A DNA stretch of 60,343 bases, counting the filler, from Dugesia japonica (Eukaryota), in the NCBI GenBank assembly GCA_001938525.1. It is 6 parts of 6 records of this genome, joined end to end, with 100 filler letters (N's around TTAATTAATTAA, not from the genome) between each part and the next. Parts side by side here need not be neighbours in the genome. Positions count along the whole stretch, not along the records: positions 20,566 to 32,066 come from MQRL01644618.1; positions 32,167 to 42,566 come from MQRL01621946.1; 4 more parts are not named here. One strand, 5' to 3'. Below, piece after piece: positions 25,741 to 39,440 of the stretch. Position 1 is the first letter of the stretch; every line of letters begins with the position of its first letter. The position numbers were made by a program, and so were the translations under genes. The notes beneath the pieces were generated by a model that was given only the letters and a program-made list of their open reading frames with translations, made no database searches and was not told where the DNA came from.

Positions 25741-26559
25741 AAGACTAAAATAGAGAAGATACAATTAAAATAAAATTATGGAATCATTAAAATNNNNNNN
25801 NNNNNNNNNNNNNNNNNNNNNNNNNNNNNNNNNNNNNNNNNNNNNNNNNNNNNNNNNNNNNNNNNNNNNNNNNNNNNNNNNNNNNNNNNNNNNNNNNNNN
25901 NNNNNNNNNNNNNNNNNNNNNNNNNNNNNNNNNNNNNNNNNNNNNNNNNNNNNNNNNNNNNNTTAAAATGAATATCTCAGTAATTATATTTAACTGTACC
26001 AAATTCCGAATGAAAATTTCATTATATCACATATCATGATATTTTAAATATTTTAGGTAACTTGGGATGAATTTCTGGATTATTATTGTTCAATAAGCAA
26101 CTCAATCGATAATGAAGGCTATTTTGATTTGATGATGCGTAATTCATTCAAATTGTAACCCAATTAAGGTCTCTTGATATCAATTTAGTTATATTTTTCT
26201 AATTTTACTAGTCTTTGGTAGACGGTTTTATTTGGACTTTTAATTGATATTGAGTTTTTTTTATTTAAATATATTTTTCATTTCTCTGAATTTTATTTTC
26301 ACATAAATATTTTTATTCAATTTAATTACAGTTTATTTGAAATATGGTGATAAAATATTCTTGGATTTAATCTCTCAATTAATATTTTTATCTATGATTA
26401 TTTATTGTTAACATGTTCAGCACTGATTTATTTGGATTTGAAGCTGATTTGAATTTAAATTAAATGATAAATATTATTCACAAAATCAATAATGGATTTA
26501 AAACAGAATATCGATAGCTTTATTATAAATTGTTTATAATGTAAGTGTAATTTGTAGCA

Positions 26560-29370
26560 AACTATCAGTTAAATTCAAAAGTTTGCGCGGGTTTTGTTTA
26601 AATAATCATCGTTTTTTAAGGCGAAAAACCTGCCAGCCTCGTTGAAATGTTTTCACTTTTTGTGAAAGGATTATCTTTGGGTAAAAACACATGATATCCC
26701 ATTGAAGAAATGCCGCGTGAATAAAGTGGGTGTGACAATTTTCCATTAATAATTGAAGTAACCACGCTAAAACCAAAATCCATTAACTTAAACCAAACAA
26801 AATAATGTAATACATAAACTCCCTCTCATAAAACTAAACTCATCTTTTAAGCCATTCAGTTTTGTTATTTTTGGTGCGATACAAATTTAGTAATTATTAA
26901 AGAACCATCATATTGAAAATCATTTGTACTCCTATTTTGGGTTCTTTCCAGACCAATACCTTGTCTCTGATTTTGAAATTACATGTGCTTCGTTTATCAT
27001 TTCTGAAACTGGTCATTCTGTTATCAACAGTTGCTAAATTTTTCTTGATTTCTTTTGTAATTTCAGTATCTGGTAAGTTTTGGTGATTGATGTTTGAATG
27101 CAGGTTTGTCTTGTATCCAAATACGATTTCACAAACCGTGAAGTCCGTTGAACTTTGTTGAGTTGGGTTAATACTAAACTCAATCCTCGTAAGTAACTTA
27201 TGCCAGTTTTTCTCTTCACAATCTTATTTTAAATTGATCGATCATCAAGCTTAAACAATGCTCTCAAACTCTATAACTTGCTAAAACGATCCATGATGAC
27301 AACCAAATACTTATAGTATGCTTCGGCCTTTCCATGAAAGCCAAATCTATCACAATCTACTTCTGGAAGTGCGAGCTTCTTTTTGGAATTAATATTTCTT
27401 TTTTATGAGTCTGGTCTATTTTCTCCTAACACAAACAAGAGCTGATTGAATTCCACGTTGATGGCCAGATATAATGATATTTTAAATAATTGAATATGTT
27501 TTTGCTCCTAAAATAACATTTGTTACGAATTCCTGTAGAAATTCCTCTGGTACTAAAATAAGGTTTTTTTTATCATCTCTCCTTAGAACTAGCAAATCAT
27601 TAACTATATTAAGACTATTTCTCATGGAATAAAAAATATTATTTTCTGGCACTTCTGACAACTCACTCCTCACCTTTGTTAAAAATTCCTAGAGTACATT
27701 AATAACTGGACCTAAGGTCTTTTCACGTTGTATTCTCTCCAGCCGACCAATATCCTTCTGCATCATGTTGATATATCTTGTCTTGGGCTTTTCTATCTTG
27801 GCATTACTGTGTTTTGTTTGGCACTACACATATGTCATTTGAGAACTCNTTGACATCCAATCAGCATTACGAATCTTCTCGCCTTTTCTGTACTTCAACT
27901 CAAAATTGAATTCAGATAAATTTTTCAACCATGTCTGAAATTTGGGACTGATAAGATTTTTTGTAGTAATTATAAAAACTGAGGTTTTGTGATCTATGCT
28001 TGTAATAAACATATATTGTTTAAAATGTAAAACAAATTCGTATATTACTGGCCATTCCTTTCTTATTACACAGTATTCCAGCTCATGAACTGATAAATGC
28101 GTGGATCCATATGTAATAACTGCCTTCGTCCAATTTTCTTTACTTTCACTAGGTACTTATTCAATGGAGGCAAAACGAGCATGTGTGTCAAGCGCAAAAG
28201 CCCGATTCTTCCTAGGAAAATCTAATATTGGTGTATTGCATAATCTATCCTAACATGACAGCATATAATGGTGCTGCAATTTCTGCATATCCCTGAATAA
28301 ATGTTCAACAATAATTTATTAATCCCAAGATTGAACGCAGGTAAGAAATGTAAACAGGAAGTTCTGCTTTTAAAATTTCTTCAATTTTCTTTTTATTTGT
28401 TCTTACTTCATTGATGAAATTTATATTTCTCCGGATTTACCTTCAAACCAGTACTATTAATACGCCGGAAAACCTTCACCAATATATCGCCGTGTTCCTT
28501 TTTTGCTAGAGCTATAGATCATAATATCTTTAAGATAAACAAGGACACCGTTAAAAAGAAGATTCTTTAACAGTTCATGCATTAATTTCTGACATTTTGA
28601 TAGTGCTGTTGCTAATCCAAAAGGAATACAATTAACACAAAACTATCCTTGTTTGGTACTCAAAGCTGTAACCAATCTTGACTTCTCTGACAGTACCACT
28701 TGATAAAGTGCTTGACCTAAATCTATAGTTGAAAAATACTAGGAATAAGCCAAACAGTCAAATAACGTAATCATATCTGGCATATGAAATGTAAAATTCT
28801 CAGAGATTGTATTTATTCGCCTGAAATCAACAAACAGTCCAATCGATCCATATTTTTCAAGTTATCACTAAAGGAGAATTTCATGAGCTTTTGGATTTGA
28901 AAACAAAGCCAGCGATTAAGAGATGTACCACTAATTCATAAACCTTTGGTTCAAGATCCATGGGTTGTCTTTTTGGGTGTTGTAAAATAGGTGTGCCTGT
29001 CACTTTGATATCATATTAAACTACAATTTTATGTCCAATGTCAAAAGTTAATATCATAAAAGTGTTGCAAAATTGACCCAATAAATGTATGTAATGGGGT
29101 CCGTTTGGTATTTTACTTCTTCAAATTCATCTTGTGAATAGTTTTGTTTGGTTTATATCATCTGATTCTTCGTTAATACACATCATTGATCTTCTTGAGA
29201 GTTTCGATGTGCTCTCCAGTAGTAAGCATGAGCAAAAAAGATGATCATGTTTATTGCAAATCAAACATTTGTTGTTCAGTGGACAGTAGATTCGCTGATG
29301 GTCTTCTCCACCACAACAAAAACATTGACCAGATCGATGAAATTAATCTTTAGGTGATGAAAAACCTCCA
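26560..29370 (-). mobile_element. Degenerate Ty3/gypsy pol (RT-RNaseH-integrase) with PPT and start of the 3' LTR
   Basis: LFVDFRRIN, STIDLGQALYQV, IPFGLATA; RNase H IDHKT and LSEFNFELKYRKGEKIRNADWMS; integrase YLVVMDRFSK. The purine tract GAGAGGGAG (minus, ~26827-26819) is followed by TGTA at 26814. Confidence 0.9.
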
Positions 29371-32166
29371 CATTTATTGTATATTTGTCTATATATGTGT
29401 TGTAGTGGTATGCCAATTGCAAATATAATATAAATATGTTAATTAATAATTGTATATATTCCTATCTAACAGTAATTAAATTCGGTGAGTCCTATGGTGT
29501 TTTTGTTATCATATAGCTCACACCCAAGAATCATGACAACTTATAGACAAATATATTCTAACGGATATATTAAACCTTATAAAAGATTCTTCCAGATTAG
29601 TAAAGGGGGGTGAATTAGATTTTCCCTTTGATTTTAAATTTTATTAATAAAAACAAATTATCGAAATTAAATAAATAATGATTACTTGATTTAAGGAAAA
29701 TAAAAATCTAAAACAAATTAATTCCAATATATTATAGAATTTATATAGAATATATATAGAATTTACAAATGATGATTGCAGATATTCTGCTTTTATCCAA
29801 AGTTTAGGTCATAAAACTGATCTTATAGATCAATATATAAATAATTCTAAAATACCACAACATGGTAAATTTAGAATTTCATAAAAATATTTTTTTGAAA
29901 TATTTTCCTACTTTAATTTAATTTTCTAATACATAAAAATAAATAAAATAAAAGTAATAAAAAATTATAAAATGTATTAAAATATTTTCTAGTTATTTCT
30001 ACAAGTACAAGTGTTTATTAAAACAATAAAATAAATATTTCGGTGTGAATTATTTAAAATAAAATAGATGTTTCAAAATATTTGAGATTTTCATTAACCT
30101 TTCGCCGCTATTGGGACAATACGTCGCAGAAACTTTAATCATGATCCTACTGGGATATTTTCAAAGCAATTTGCGGTTTTAGAGTTTATGTTCAGTATTT
30201 CATTGTTCTATTTGAATTTTAAATATTTACGGTTAGGATTTGTCTTATACTTCTATCAATTTTAATATAAATCATGGACGGTATTTTTTGGTGGTCCAGT
30301 AAATTTACAAATTTTAAGTGCTTTCATAAAAATTTTAAAAAATAACATAATATTTTATTTTCGGAGCATAAAAATAATCGATTTACATTATAAAAAGTAA
30401 GTACTAATAAAATTTGTAGAAGATATTCGTAGTTTTTACTTTTGGGGTTATATATCCCAACAGTATTTGATTAAATCAAAATTTGACGATACAGAGAGCT
30501 ATTATGGTAATCCTGTTTTATCTGCCACGGGAATTGGAAGAATTTCTATTTCAATCTTGGAATTTAGCAGCTGTTCACGATTTATGATACGATTTCACTA
30601 TGATTCCACGCAGTTGTTCTATTAGACTTGAAGTTGATTAAAATTGTTGGTTTTATAATATTTATTTCGTTCCTCGCCAATGTATTTTCGCGAATTTCCT
30701 CATGCTTTCCTTTTTAATGCTGATAATAAAAGTTGAAACGTCACTGACCTAGCGCAATACAATAAAAATTAGCTGATTTTCTTCTAAAATTTGGGGGGTT
30801 TTTTTATACCTTTTCCAGACTTTCACCGTATTGGTCTCATATTTTTAGATTTGTTGTACGTTTTCTCATTGGTCCTTTGTTTGTTTTTTGGATTTTTTCT
30901 ATGAATCTCAATTTTTTTATTGGTGTCTATTTTTAGGACACCTGGTGACTTTTTTACCTTTGTCTTTTCTTGTTTTCTTAACTTATCATTAGCTCAGACT
31001 TTGAAGCCTTTTCCTGACCTCCCTAAAGATGTTACCATTTTTTCCTTCTTAAAATTGAATTCCTCCAATCAAGAGCTTCCCAGTTTTTCTTGACTTGGTG
31101 ATTTTGGACCATTCACTGAAAAGTTATCCGTCTTTTTCTGATTTTTATCGTAATTAATTTCTTTTTCTTGTAGTAATGAACTAATTTTTTCTTCTTGATT
31201 TCTGATTTTATTTTTGATAATAATTTAATTGATTTGAATATTCTTGTGACTTTTTTTAATTAGGGCTAATTTGATGTTATTTTTACAATTAACTTTTATT
31301 ATTTTCTTGATATTCTTCTATATTTTTGATCTTTTTATAGTTTCTTAAATAATTCATTAATCGTGGATTTTTGAAATTGAAATAATTATTGATCTACCCT
31401 TATTTGAGCTTTTACTAATTTAAGAATTATTTCCGCCCCTTAGACTGGTTCTGCTTTCATAACCATGTTTCACCACAACATTATGAATAAAAGAGAATAT
31501 TGTTGAGAGATGACGAATTCGATTAAAAGTTAGGATCAGCGTTATAAAAGAGGATATTGTTAAGAGATAACGAATACAGTCGCTGGCATGAAAGGGAAAT
31601 TGGACACGAGTGATCAACTTTCTGAAATATTGTTAATAAAAGGAAATAGTATTCAGAGTTAACGGACGAAGTTGATATTATTAAAGTAAAGTCAAACCAG
31701 AGGTTAGCATTGTCAAATACGACGAATGACAAAAATTATTGATAGAATTAAACGAGACAATTGGAATGTCGATAAAATAACGTCTATTGGGAGTGAATAT
31801 CCTTTTTGAATAAGCGAAAGCTGGAAGTTGAAACTCACAGATGGTGGTGGATGAATCCTCCTTGCTCCATTTTTCGGTTTATTTTGACTGCAGCCTATCA
31901 CGAATGAAAATTTTCATTATTATAATAACAGAGTGATATCACTTTTGTCTAAAAATACCATGAGTATTTTATCCATGTCGTTTACTTTGTTAATTAATAC
32001 TTGTCATTTATTAGTACTAAATTAACTCTTATTATTTTTTATATTTATTTATTTAGGATCTACTTGNNNNNNNNNNNNNNNNNNNNNNNNNNNNNNNNNN
32101 NNNNNNNNNNTTAATTAATTAANNNNNNNNNNNNNNNNNNNNNNNNNNNNNNNNNNNNNNNNNNNN

Positions 32167-33520
32167 AAATTGAATTATGTTTTGAATAAATTTTTAAAGG
32201 TAATTTTGAAAATAAATTACATTTCATGTATATATTTTCACGGTTAAATTAAAATTATAATAGAAAATGTTTATTGATAATTTATGAAACTTTGAAATAT
32301 TTTTAAATGAAATTAAATTTTGTATGTATTTTTTAATTAATGTTTAATTTAGAATAGAAAATTTTATTAAGCATTGATTTAGTAAACTAATTTCAGTAAA
32401 CTAATTGATTAAATAGATTAAGTATGATGGATTTAATAATTTTCAAATAATTATCAGTAAAGGTACATACAACTTTATGTGAAAACACATTTATTTTTTT
32501 GAAAAATCTTTCAAATAAATAGTTAAAATTATGCTTTTAAAATTAGAATCGAATATTAATGAAAATGAAAACTTAAATCAAATTTAAGTATCAAAGTAAC
32601 TATTAGATAGACAAATTTATGCTAAGTAAGAATAACATGTCTAAAATCGTCAATCTTTAACCTTAAGAAAATAGTTAATTTCAAACTATAAATTATAATA
32701 ATTGAAACTTTTATTAAGCAATATATAATTTGAAATGAGTTTTAAATATTGAAAATAACTAAAAAAANNNNNNNNNNNNNNNNNNNNNNNNNNNNNNNNN
32801 NNNNNNNNNNNNNNNNNATTATTTATTGAAAATATCTTCTATAATAGATTGAATAAATTAAGTATGATGAATTGATAAATTATCAATGTGTCATTTGATT
32901 AAAACTATGCTTTTATTAGTAAATTGAATTATGTTTTGAATAAATTTTTAAAGGTAATTTTGAAAATAAATTACATTTCATGTATATATTTTCATGGTTA
33001 AATTAAAATTATAATAGAAAATGTATATTAATAATTTATGAAACTTTGAAATATTTTTAAATCAAATTAAATTTTGTATGTATTTTTTAATTAATGTTTA
33101 ATTTATAATAGAAAATTTTATTAAGCATTGATTTAGTAAACTAATTTCAGTAAACTAATTGATTAAATAGATTAAGTATGATGGATTTAATAATTTTCAA
33201 ATAATTATCAGTAAGGGTACATACAACTTTATGTGAAAACACATTTATTTTTTTGAAAAATCTTTCAAATAAATAGTTAAAATTATCCTTTTAAAATTAG
33301 AATCGAATTTTAATGAAAATGAAAACTTAAATCAAATTTAAGCATCAAAGTAACTATTAGATAGACAAATTTATGCTAAGTAAGAATAACATGTCTAAAA
33401 TCGTCAATCTTTAACCTTAAGAAAATAGTTAATTTCAAACTTTAAATTATAATAATTGAAATTTTTATTAAGCAATATATAATTTGAAATGAGTTTTAAA
33501 TATTGAAAATAACTAAAAAA
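32167..33520 (+). repeat. ~600-bp near-identical direct duplication (32167-32767 vs 32921-33520) across an N gap
   Basis: Collinear sequence with scattered single-base differences (e.g. CACGG vs CATGG, ATGTTTATTG vs ATGTATATTA). Confidence 0.9.
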
Positions 33521-34239
33521 AATTGATTGAATAAATGATTTTCAAATAATTACGAGAAAAGCATCTAAAAGATTAATTTTAAATGCAAAATACACTCTCT
33601 TTAGACTTTTTAAAATAATAATTGAAATTTAAGCTTTAACAATTATAAAAATGAAAAAACCTTTATAATTTTTTATTTTCAATTAGGATATTACAATAAA
33701 TAAGGTCAATAATGAATCAAATTACTTACTCAAATAGTTATTGATTTGATTATAATTTTACTTTGAATAAAATTATTTTTAAGATTTAACTAATTAAGTT
33801 TTAAAAAATATTCAAAAATGAAGGCTGAAGGCTTATAATATGTTTAATTGGTTAGAAATTTATAGAATGAAAGAATAAATTTATATTACTGGTTGATGAT
33901 TAATAGGTGAATAAACACATTAGAAATCTATTTTAAAAGAAAATTTCTATATTAATGTGAAACTATTTGAATAATTAACCGAATAATAGCTCTGAAGTAT
34001 ATATTCAGTGTATATATTCACTATTTTGATCTGAAATTGCAATGGAATTAATCCTTTATCTAATAAAACAAAACATAACTTATTAATAGAGGCTTATCTT
34101 GTTACGCAATCATCCAATAAATTAAACCAAGTCTCATTATTGATATTAAAAGCTTATTACATAAATGTGAATAAAATATCCAGAAAAAGCGTAAATAAAA
34201 CAGAGCAAAATATAGAATAATCTGGCAAATATGACTATT

Positions 34240-34620
34240 TCCGATGAGAAGTTCAACCAAATCACCAAAATATTACTTAAATATTCTATTCCCAAGGAAA
34301 TATTGGACCAAATTCACCTGAATCAATCAAAATGGACTTAATTCGACACCGAGAAATTTTCAACCAATTTTACATAAACCACCCAAAAAGTACCCATCCT
34401 GAGGAAAAATTCAACCAATTCACCCAAAGATTATCCAAAACGAGAAATCCCGAGGAAATATTGGACCAAATTAAATGAACCAGTCAAAAATTGACCTCAT
34501 TCAACATCAACGAATAAATTCCCAACTAAAAAGCCTAAAAAATAATACTGATTAAAAAGCCTAAAATATTTCCCCAACTAAATACACCGGGAAAAATCAC
34601 ACCAAATTAAGTAATGTTAT
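34240..34620 (+). repeat. Degenerate tandem repeat (GAGGAAA-ATTCAACCAAATT-CACC type units)
   Basis: TTCAACCAA/TTGGACCAAATT units preceded by CCGAG/GAGGAAA recur about every 45-60 bp. Confidence 0.6.
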
Positions 34621-35027
34621 CTAATGATGCAATTTATGATGCAATTTTTAAATTCCCAACTAAATGCATTAGGATTAAATTTCATTATGTCACGTTGGAG
34701 GGGCTTCCCAAATGTGTGTGCTGGAGATTTCTTATTTATGGATTTTTCAATATTTGTTTTTTATATATTAATTTCATAATCATTTTGTGAGTGCTCTGAG
34801 AATGTTACATGACGTTTTAGTATATTTCTATTTTTCATTATCTCTATTTAAAATATTCTAATTAATTATAAATTAAATATAATTAGTCTTGTGATAAATA
34901 ATAATTTATTCAACCACTTATAAATTAGAGGATTTATTGGCTGATTTCTAAATTGGATCGATGAATATATAAATGATTAAAAAATCTCATTAACAGTCAA
35001 TTTAATCAATTCTGATATCAATAATCA

Positions 35028-36443
35028 ATGATAAATCAATATCAACAATATTTCATTGTGATATTCNNNAGACTCGTTCAAATAACAATACTTAGTGTTT
35101 ATCTATACTTTCGAATACAATTTTTAATCGGAGATCCAACAGATCAAAATCAAATATGTCAAATAATAGTCATTGCGTTATCGATTGTTTCTATGATAAT
35201 TCATATTATTTTCTATTTATCTTCAAGAGAAAATAGAGAAAACAGCCAAATGAATCATAAACCAATTTTTATTGTAAATATATTAAATGGTTTTCTAGTT
35301 ATGGTTCAAGACATTTTCATCATGGTCCTAAATTATGATATGATATCAATACTCCAACTATCTAATAGATGGTTATATTTAACATGTGAAATATTATCAA
35401 TAATATCCATATTAACTTTATTTGTTTACATGCCGATCTACATGAAATGGAGACCAGATCCAGACGAGAGATATTTCAATCTTTCAGCAATTATTTCTGG
35501 ATATTTTGTGTTCAGCAGTTGCATTGCACAAATGTTAAATTATAATTTTACAAACAATTGGTATGAGAAAACTCCATTTTTCTCAACATTATTTTATTTG
35601 TTATTTGCAATTATCACATATAATTTGACGAATAAAGATGTGAGAATATTACTGAGAAGACAACACAAATATGAAAATTTGAGCAATGAGGAGACTAATG
35701 TGATTCAGCTAGGTAATATAACTAATAATAACGATCATCGAGAATCAAGAAATATATGCTCACGATTCTGTTCAAGATTCTATTCAATAATAAAATTGAA
35801 TTATTTGTCAATAATTATTGGTGTTGTTTATTCTATTATTTTCATTTTTATTATGATAAAATATCCGACATACGATTGTTCAGAAAATTTGATTAACAAC
35901 ACTGATTATAANAACTGTAGTTATAATGAACCAAATCTAATATTCCATATTTCTACAAATATATTCAGTACGATGCTAACAATTTGCTATTTATTCAATA
36001 TTCTCACATATCGATTCGAGAAAACAATAAAATCTAAATTTGATGAATTGATTCTNAATATTGGAACAATTGGCAATATAATTTACCAAATATGTATGAT
36101 TTATTTTCAGAAGAATATATTATATAGCAATATCCTTAATGTGAAACACATTTCTGAAATTATCCTAATTGTTTTCCAAAGATTTCTCATATTAGAAATG
36201 TTACAAAGAAAAGAATCTGATTTCTACAATAAAAATAATCGCTTTGCAAAATATTTCAATATCTGCCTGATTTTGAGTTTGATTAATNTTTCATTTTACA
36301 TCGACAACTATCTTTTTCAACAATTTTTCATTGGAAGTTACCTTGATAAAACTTGGGGTCTTTTAAAATCAATGTTAAGTCCATTTGTTTTACTGTTTCG
36401 ATTGTATGGATTTGCTTTTTTCTTTGATATTTTTATGAGATAA
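35028..36443 (+). CDS. Intronless multi-pass membrane protein, divergent otopetrin-like (471 aa)
   Basis: About 12 hydrophobic segments in two halves. C-half motifs resemble otopetrins: FDELIXNIGTIGNIIYQI (LD..LL.I...G...Y), IVFQRFLI (Q.Q..FI), LINXSFYI (N...W), and terminal WGLLKSMLSPFVLLFRLYG (W.I...P..IFYR.HS). Confidence 0.7.
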   Translation: MINQYQQYFIVIFXRLVQITILSVYLYFRIQFLIGDPTDQNQICQIIVIALSIVSMIIHIIFYLSSRENRENSQMNHKPIFIVNILNGFLVMVQDIFIMVLNYDMISILQLSNRWLYLTCEILSIISILTLFVYMPIYMKWRPDPDERYFNLSAIISGYFVFSSCIAQMLNYNFTNNWYEKTPFFSTLFYLLFAIITYNLTNKDVRILLRRQHKYENLSNEETNVIQLGNITNNNDHRESRNICSRFCSRFYSIIKLNYLSIIIGVVYSIIFIFIMIKYPTYDCSENLINNTDYXNCSYNEPNLIFHISTNIFSTMLTICYLFNILTYRFEKTIKSKFDELIXNIGTIGNIIYQICMIYFQKNILYSNILNVKHISEIILIVFQRFLILEMLQRKESDFYNKNNRFAKYFNICLILSLINXSFYIDNYLFQQFFIGSYLDKTWGLLKSMLSPFVLLFRLYGFAFFFDIFMR

Positions 36444-36499
36444 TCATTTATTTGATTAATAAAGAAAATATAATTTGTTGTGTATTAATTACAGTCGTT

Positions 36500-38240
36500 A
36501 GGAAAGAATCGTTCCCGAAATACATGACGACAAGACAACACAACACAAGACAGCTTGGTCAAATTAAGCATTTTTTTGACGAGAAACTCCTGGATGAGTG
36601 AGAGACGTGGCGTTTACATTTGGATCTTTCAAATACTTCGCCAAAGATAATAAATTAATATTTCTACATTTTAGCACCCTCTTTATTTACCAGTTAACTG
36701 CGTTTGACGTGTAATCATCTCAATCCAAATCGTCAATCCTATTGATTAGAGTGGGGTTCCTATGAATGCACTTCGTGTTAAATAAAAAATTACCATTCAA
36801 TAAAAGTCATAATATTTCGTTATATTTTCCAGATTTATCTGGTATTTTCATTACTTTACTTTTATCAAGATTTCTCTGTACTTTATCCAATATTTCACAG
36901 TTGAAATAAATAAATTCCGCTGTTAACTGGTTAATGAATTGAATAAACTTTTACTGATTTTCGTATTTGGCTGATCAATTTTATTTAATATAAAGGTGAT
37001 TATGGCTTCAGCTGTTACTTTTGTAACGTCTTTTCGTCCCAAAAATTTCACTGCTGCTTCTACGGGTGACAAAGCATAACAAATATCTTTAACCCTAATT
37101 TCAGAAATATTTTCAAGCATATTTAATTTTTGTAAATCATCCTGTGCTTTTTTGCGCAATTAGTGAGCTTTCGAATCGTTGGATTATAAGTAGTAAAGTA
37201 TTCCAACGAGTTTTAGAGTCTAAAATTAGTCTAATCAGATCATCGAGTGTTTGCTTAACATACTACTGTAAAATTGTAATGTGTACAGGGGAACGCTTTT
37301 AAAATTGTGTAACATTGTGAACTGAATTAATGCTGACCTCGAATGAAATGTCAGCATATTCAACTTCATAATATTCTTCATTTTTTTCGAGTTCATCATC
37401 ATATTGGATATCACAATCAGATTCGTTAAATTAATTTGTTTATATTGTTGCTAAATCTAATCGGGATGATTTTTTATATAAAATGTTTGTAACGCTAATA
37501 TTTAACCCACAGTTTATACATAGAATAATTTCACCGTCCGATTTTTTGCCAAATTTAACATTTACTTATGCTCCGTCACATGATTTTGCTACAATATAAT
37601 TTTTCAAAACCAATCCAAATTTGTTAAGTCGTTGATCAATTAGTTCCCTTGTTTTATATGAAAAATAAATTCCGTGTATGAGGATTAAGCCAAAATTTAT
37701 AAATTCCAAATCGTAATTATAAAGATTCAGGTTCAGATATCTTCTGAAAAAACTCATCAAAAGTTAATGGTAATTTATTGAATTGTTTTGATTTTATTTT
37801 TTCTTAAGTTCATTTTCAATTTTCTTAGCAAAATTTAAAATCAGTTTCATTATAGTATTTTCGGATTTTGGCCACTCATAACCTCGAGCATTTATTGATT
37901 CCCGAATAAAGATGGATCTAGTATTTTGTCTTATAGACAAACCATCTAGACCAGCTAATCTTTANNNNNNNNNNNNNNNNNNNNNNNNNNNNNNNNNNNN
38001 NNNNNNNNNNNNNNNNNNNNNNNNNNNNNNNNNNNNNNNNNNNNNNNNNNNNNNNNNNNNNNNNNNNNNNNNNNNNNNNNNNNNNNNNNNNNNNNNNNNN
38101 NNNNNNNNNNNNNNNNNNNNNNNNNNNNNNNNNNNNNNNNNNNNNNNNNNNNACATTTTTTTAAAAATTCTGCAATTTGCTTTTTCATTTTGAATTTTTG
38201 TGAAATGTTTCCAAGCGAAACTCTTTTGATGATTCATCTA
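36500..38240 (-). mobile_element. Degenerate hAT transposase (BED finger plus catalytic remnants)
   Basis: SFAWKHFTKIQNEKANCRI (BED), IVAKSCDGA, DSKTRWNTL and ALSPVEAAVKFL. Confidence 0.8.
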
Positions 38241-38322
38241 ACAATAATAATTTTAAACAAGTATTGCATAAACAATAAGGAAAAATTTAGTTTTAAGGTT
38301 TTTGTGGCAACAAATACTTGAG

Positions 38323-39364
38323 TCAAATATCCATATTAATTTTACTGGTTTATATGCCGATCTACATGAAATGGAGACCAGATCCAGACGAGAGATATTT
38401 TAATCTTTCAGCAATTGTGTCTGAATATTTTGTCTTCAGCAGTTTTGTAACACAAATTTTAAATAATAATTTTACAAACCCTTTCCATACTTCATTTTTT
38501 TCAACATTATTTTATCTAGTATTCGCAATTTTCACATATAATTTGATGAATAAAGATGTGAGAATATTACTGAGAAGACAACACGAATATGAAAATTGGA
38601 ACAATGAGAAGATTAATGTCATCCAGCTAAGTAATATTAATAACAATAAGGATCATCGAGAATCAAGAAATATATGCTCACGATTCTGTTCAAGAATTTG
38701 TTCAGTAATAAAATTGAACTATTTGTCAATAATCATTGGTGTTGTTTATTTTATTATTTACTTTGTTCTAATGATAAAATATCCTCTATATTACGATGGT
38801 TTATACAATTTTTTAACAACACTGAATATAAGAAATGTTGGTCTATTGAACCAACTACAATATTCCATATTTTTATCAATATATTCAGTACGATACTAAG
38901 AATTTGGTATTTATTCAATATTCTCAAATATAGATTCCAGAAAACAATAAAATCTAAACTCGATGAATTGATTCTGAACATTGGAAAAATTGGTAATTTA
39001 ATTTTTCCAAATATGTATGATTTATTTTGATATGAACATATTATATAGTTCCATAATTAATGTAATACGCATTTCTGAAATTATCCAAATTGTTTTTCAA
39101 AGATTTCTCATATTAGAAATGTTACAAAGAAAAGAATCATATTTATACAACAAAACAAATCGCTTCGCAAAATATTTCAATATCTGCCTGATTTTGAGTT
39201 TGATTAATCTTTCATTTTACATCGACAACTTTTTTCAACAAACTTTTTTCATTGCAATTAACTTAGAGAAAACTTTGGGTATTTTACAATCAATTTTATA
39301 TCCATTTGTTTTACTGTTTTGATTGTATGGATTTGCTTTTTTCTTTGATATATTTTTGAAATAA
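38323..39364 (+). pseudogene. 5'-truncated, frameshifted paralog of the otopetrin-like gene
   Basis: Three overlapping ORFs (38318, 38674, 39017) are collinear with 35400-36443 (shared YMPIYMKWRPDPDERYFNLSAI). There are two frameshifts and a CGA>TGA stop at 39320; the 3' UTR is also homologous. Confidence 0.9.
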
Positions 39365-39440
39365 TCATTTGTTTGATTAATAAATAAAATATTATTGATT
39401 GCGTATTAAATACAGTCATTACTTACCAATTTTTGAAAAG

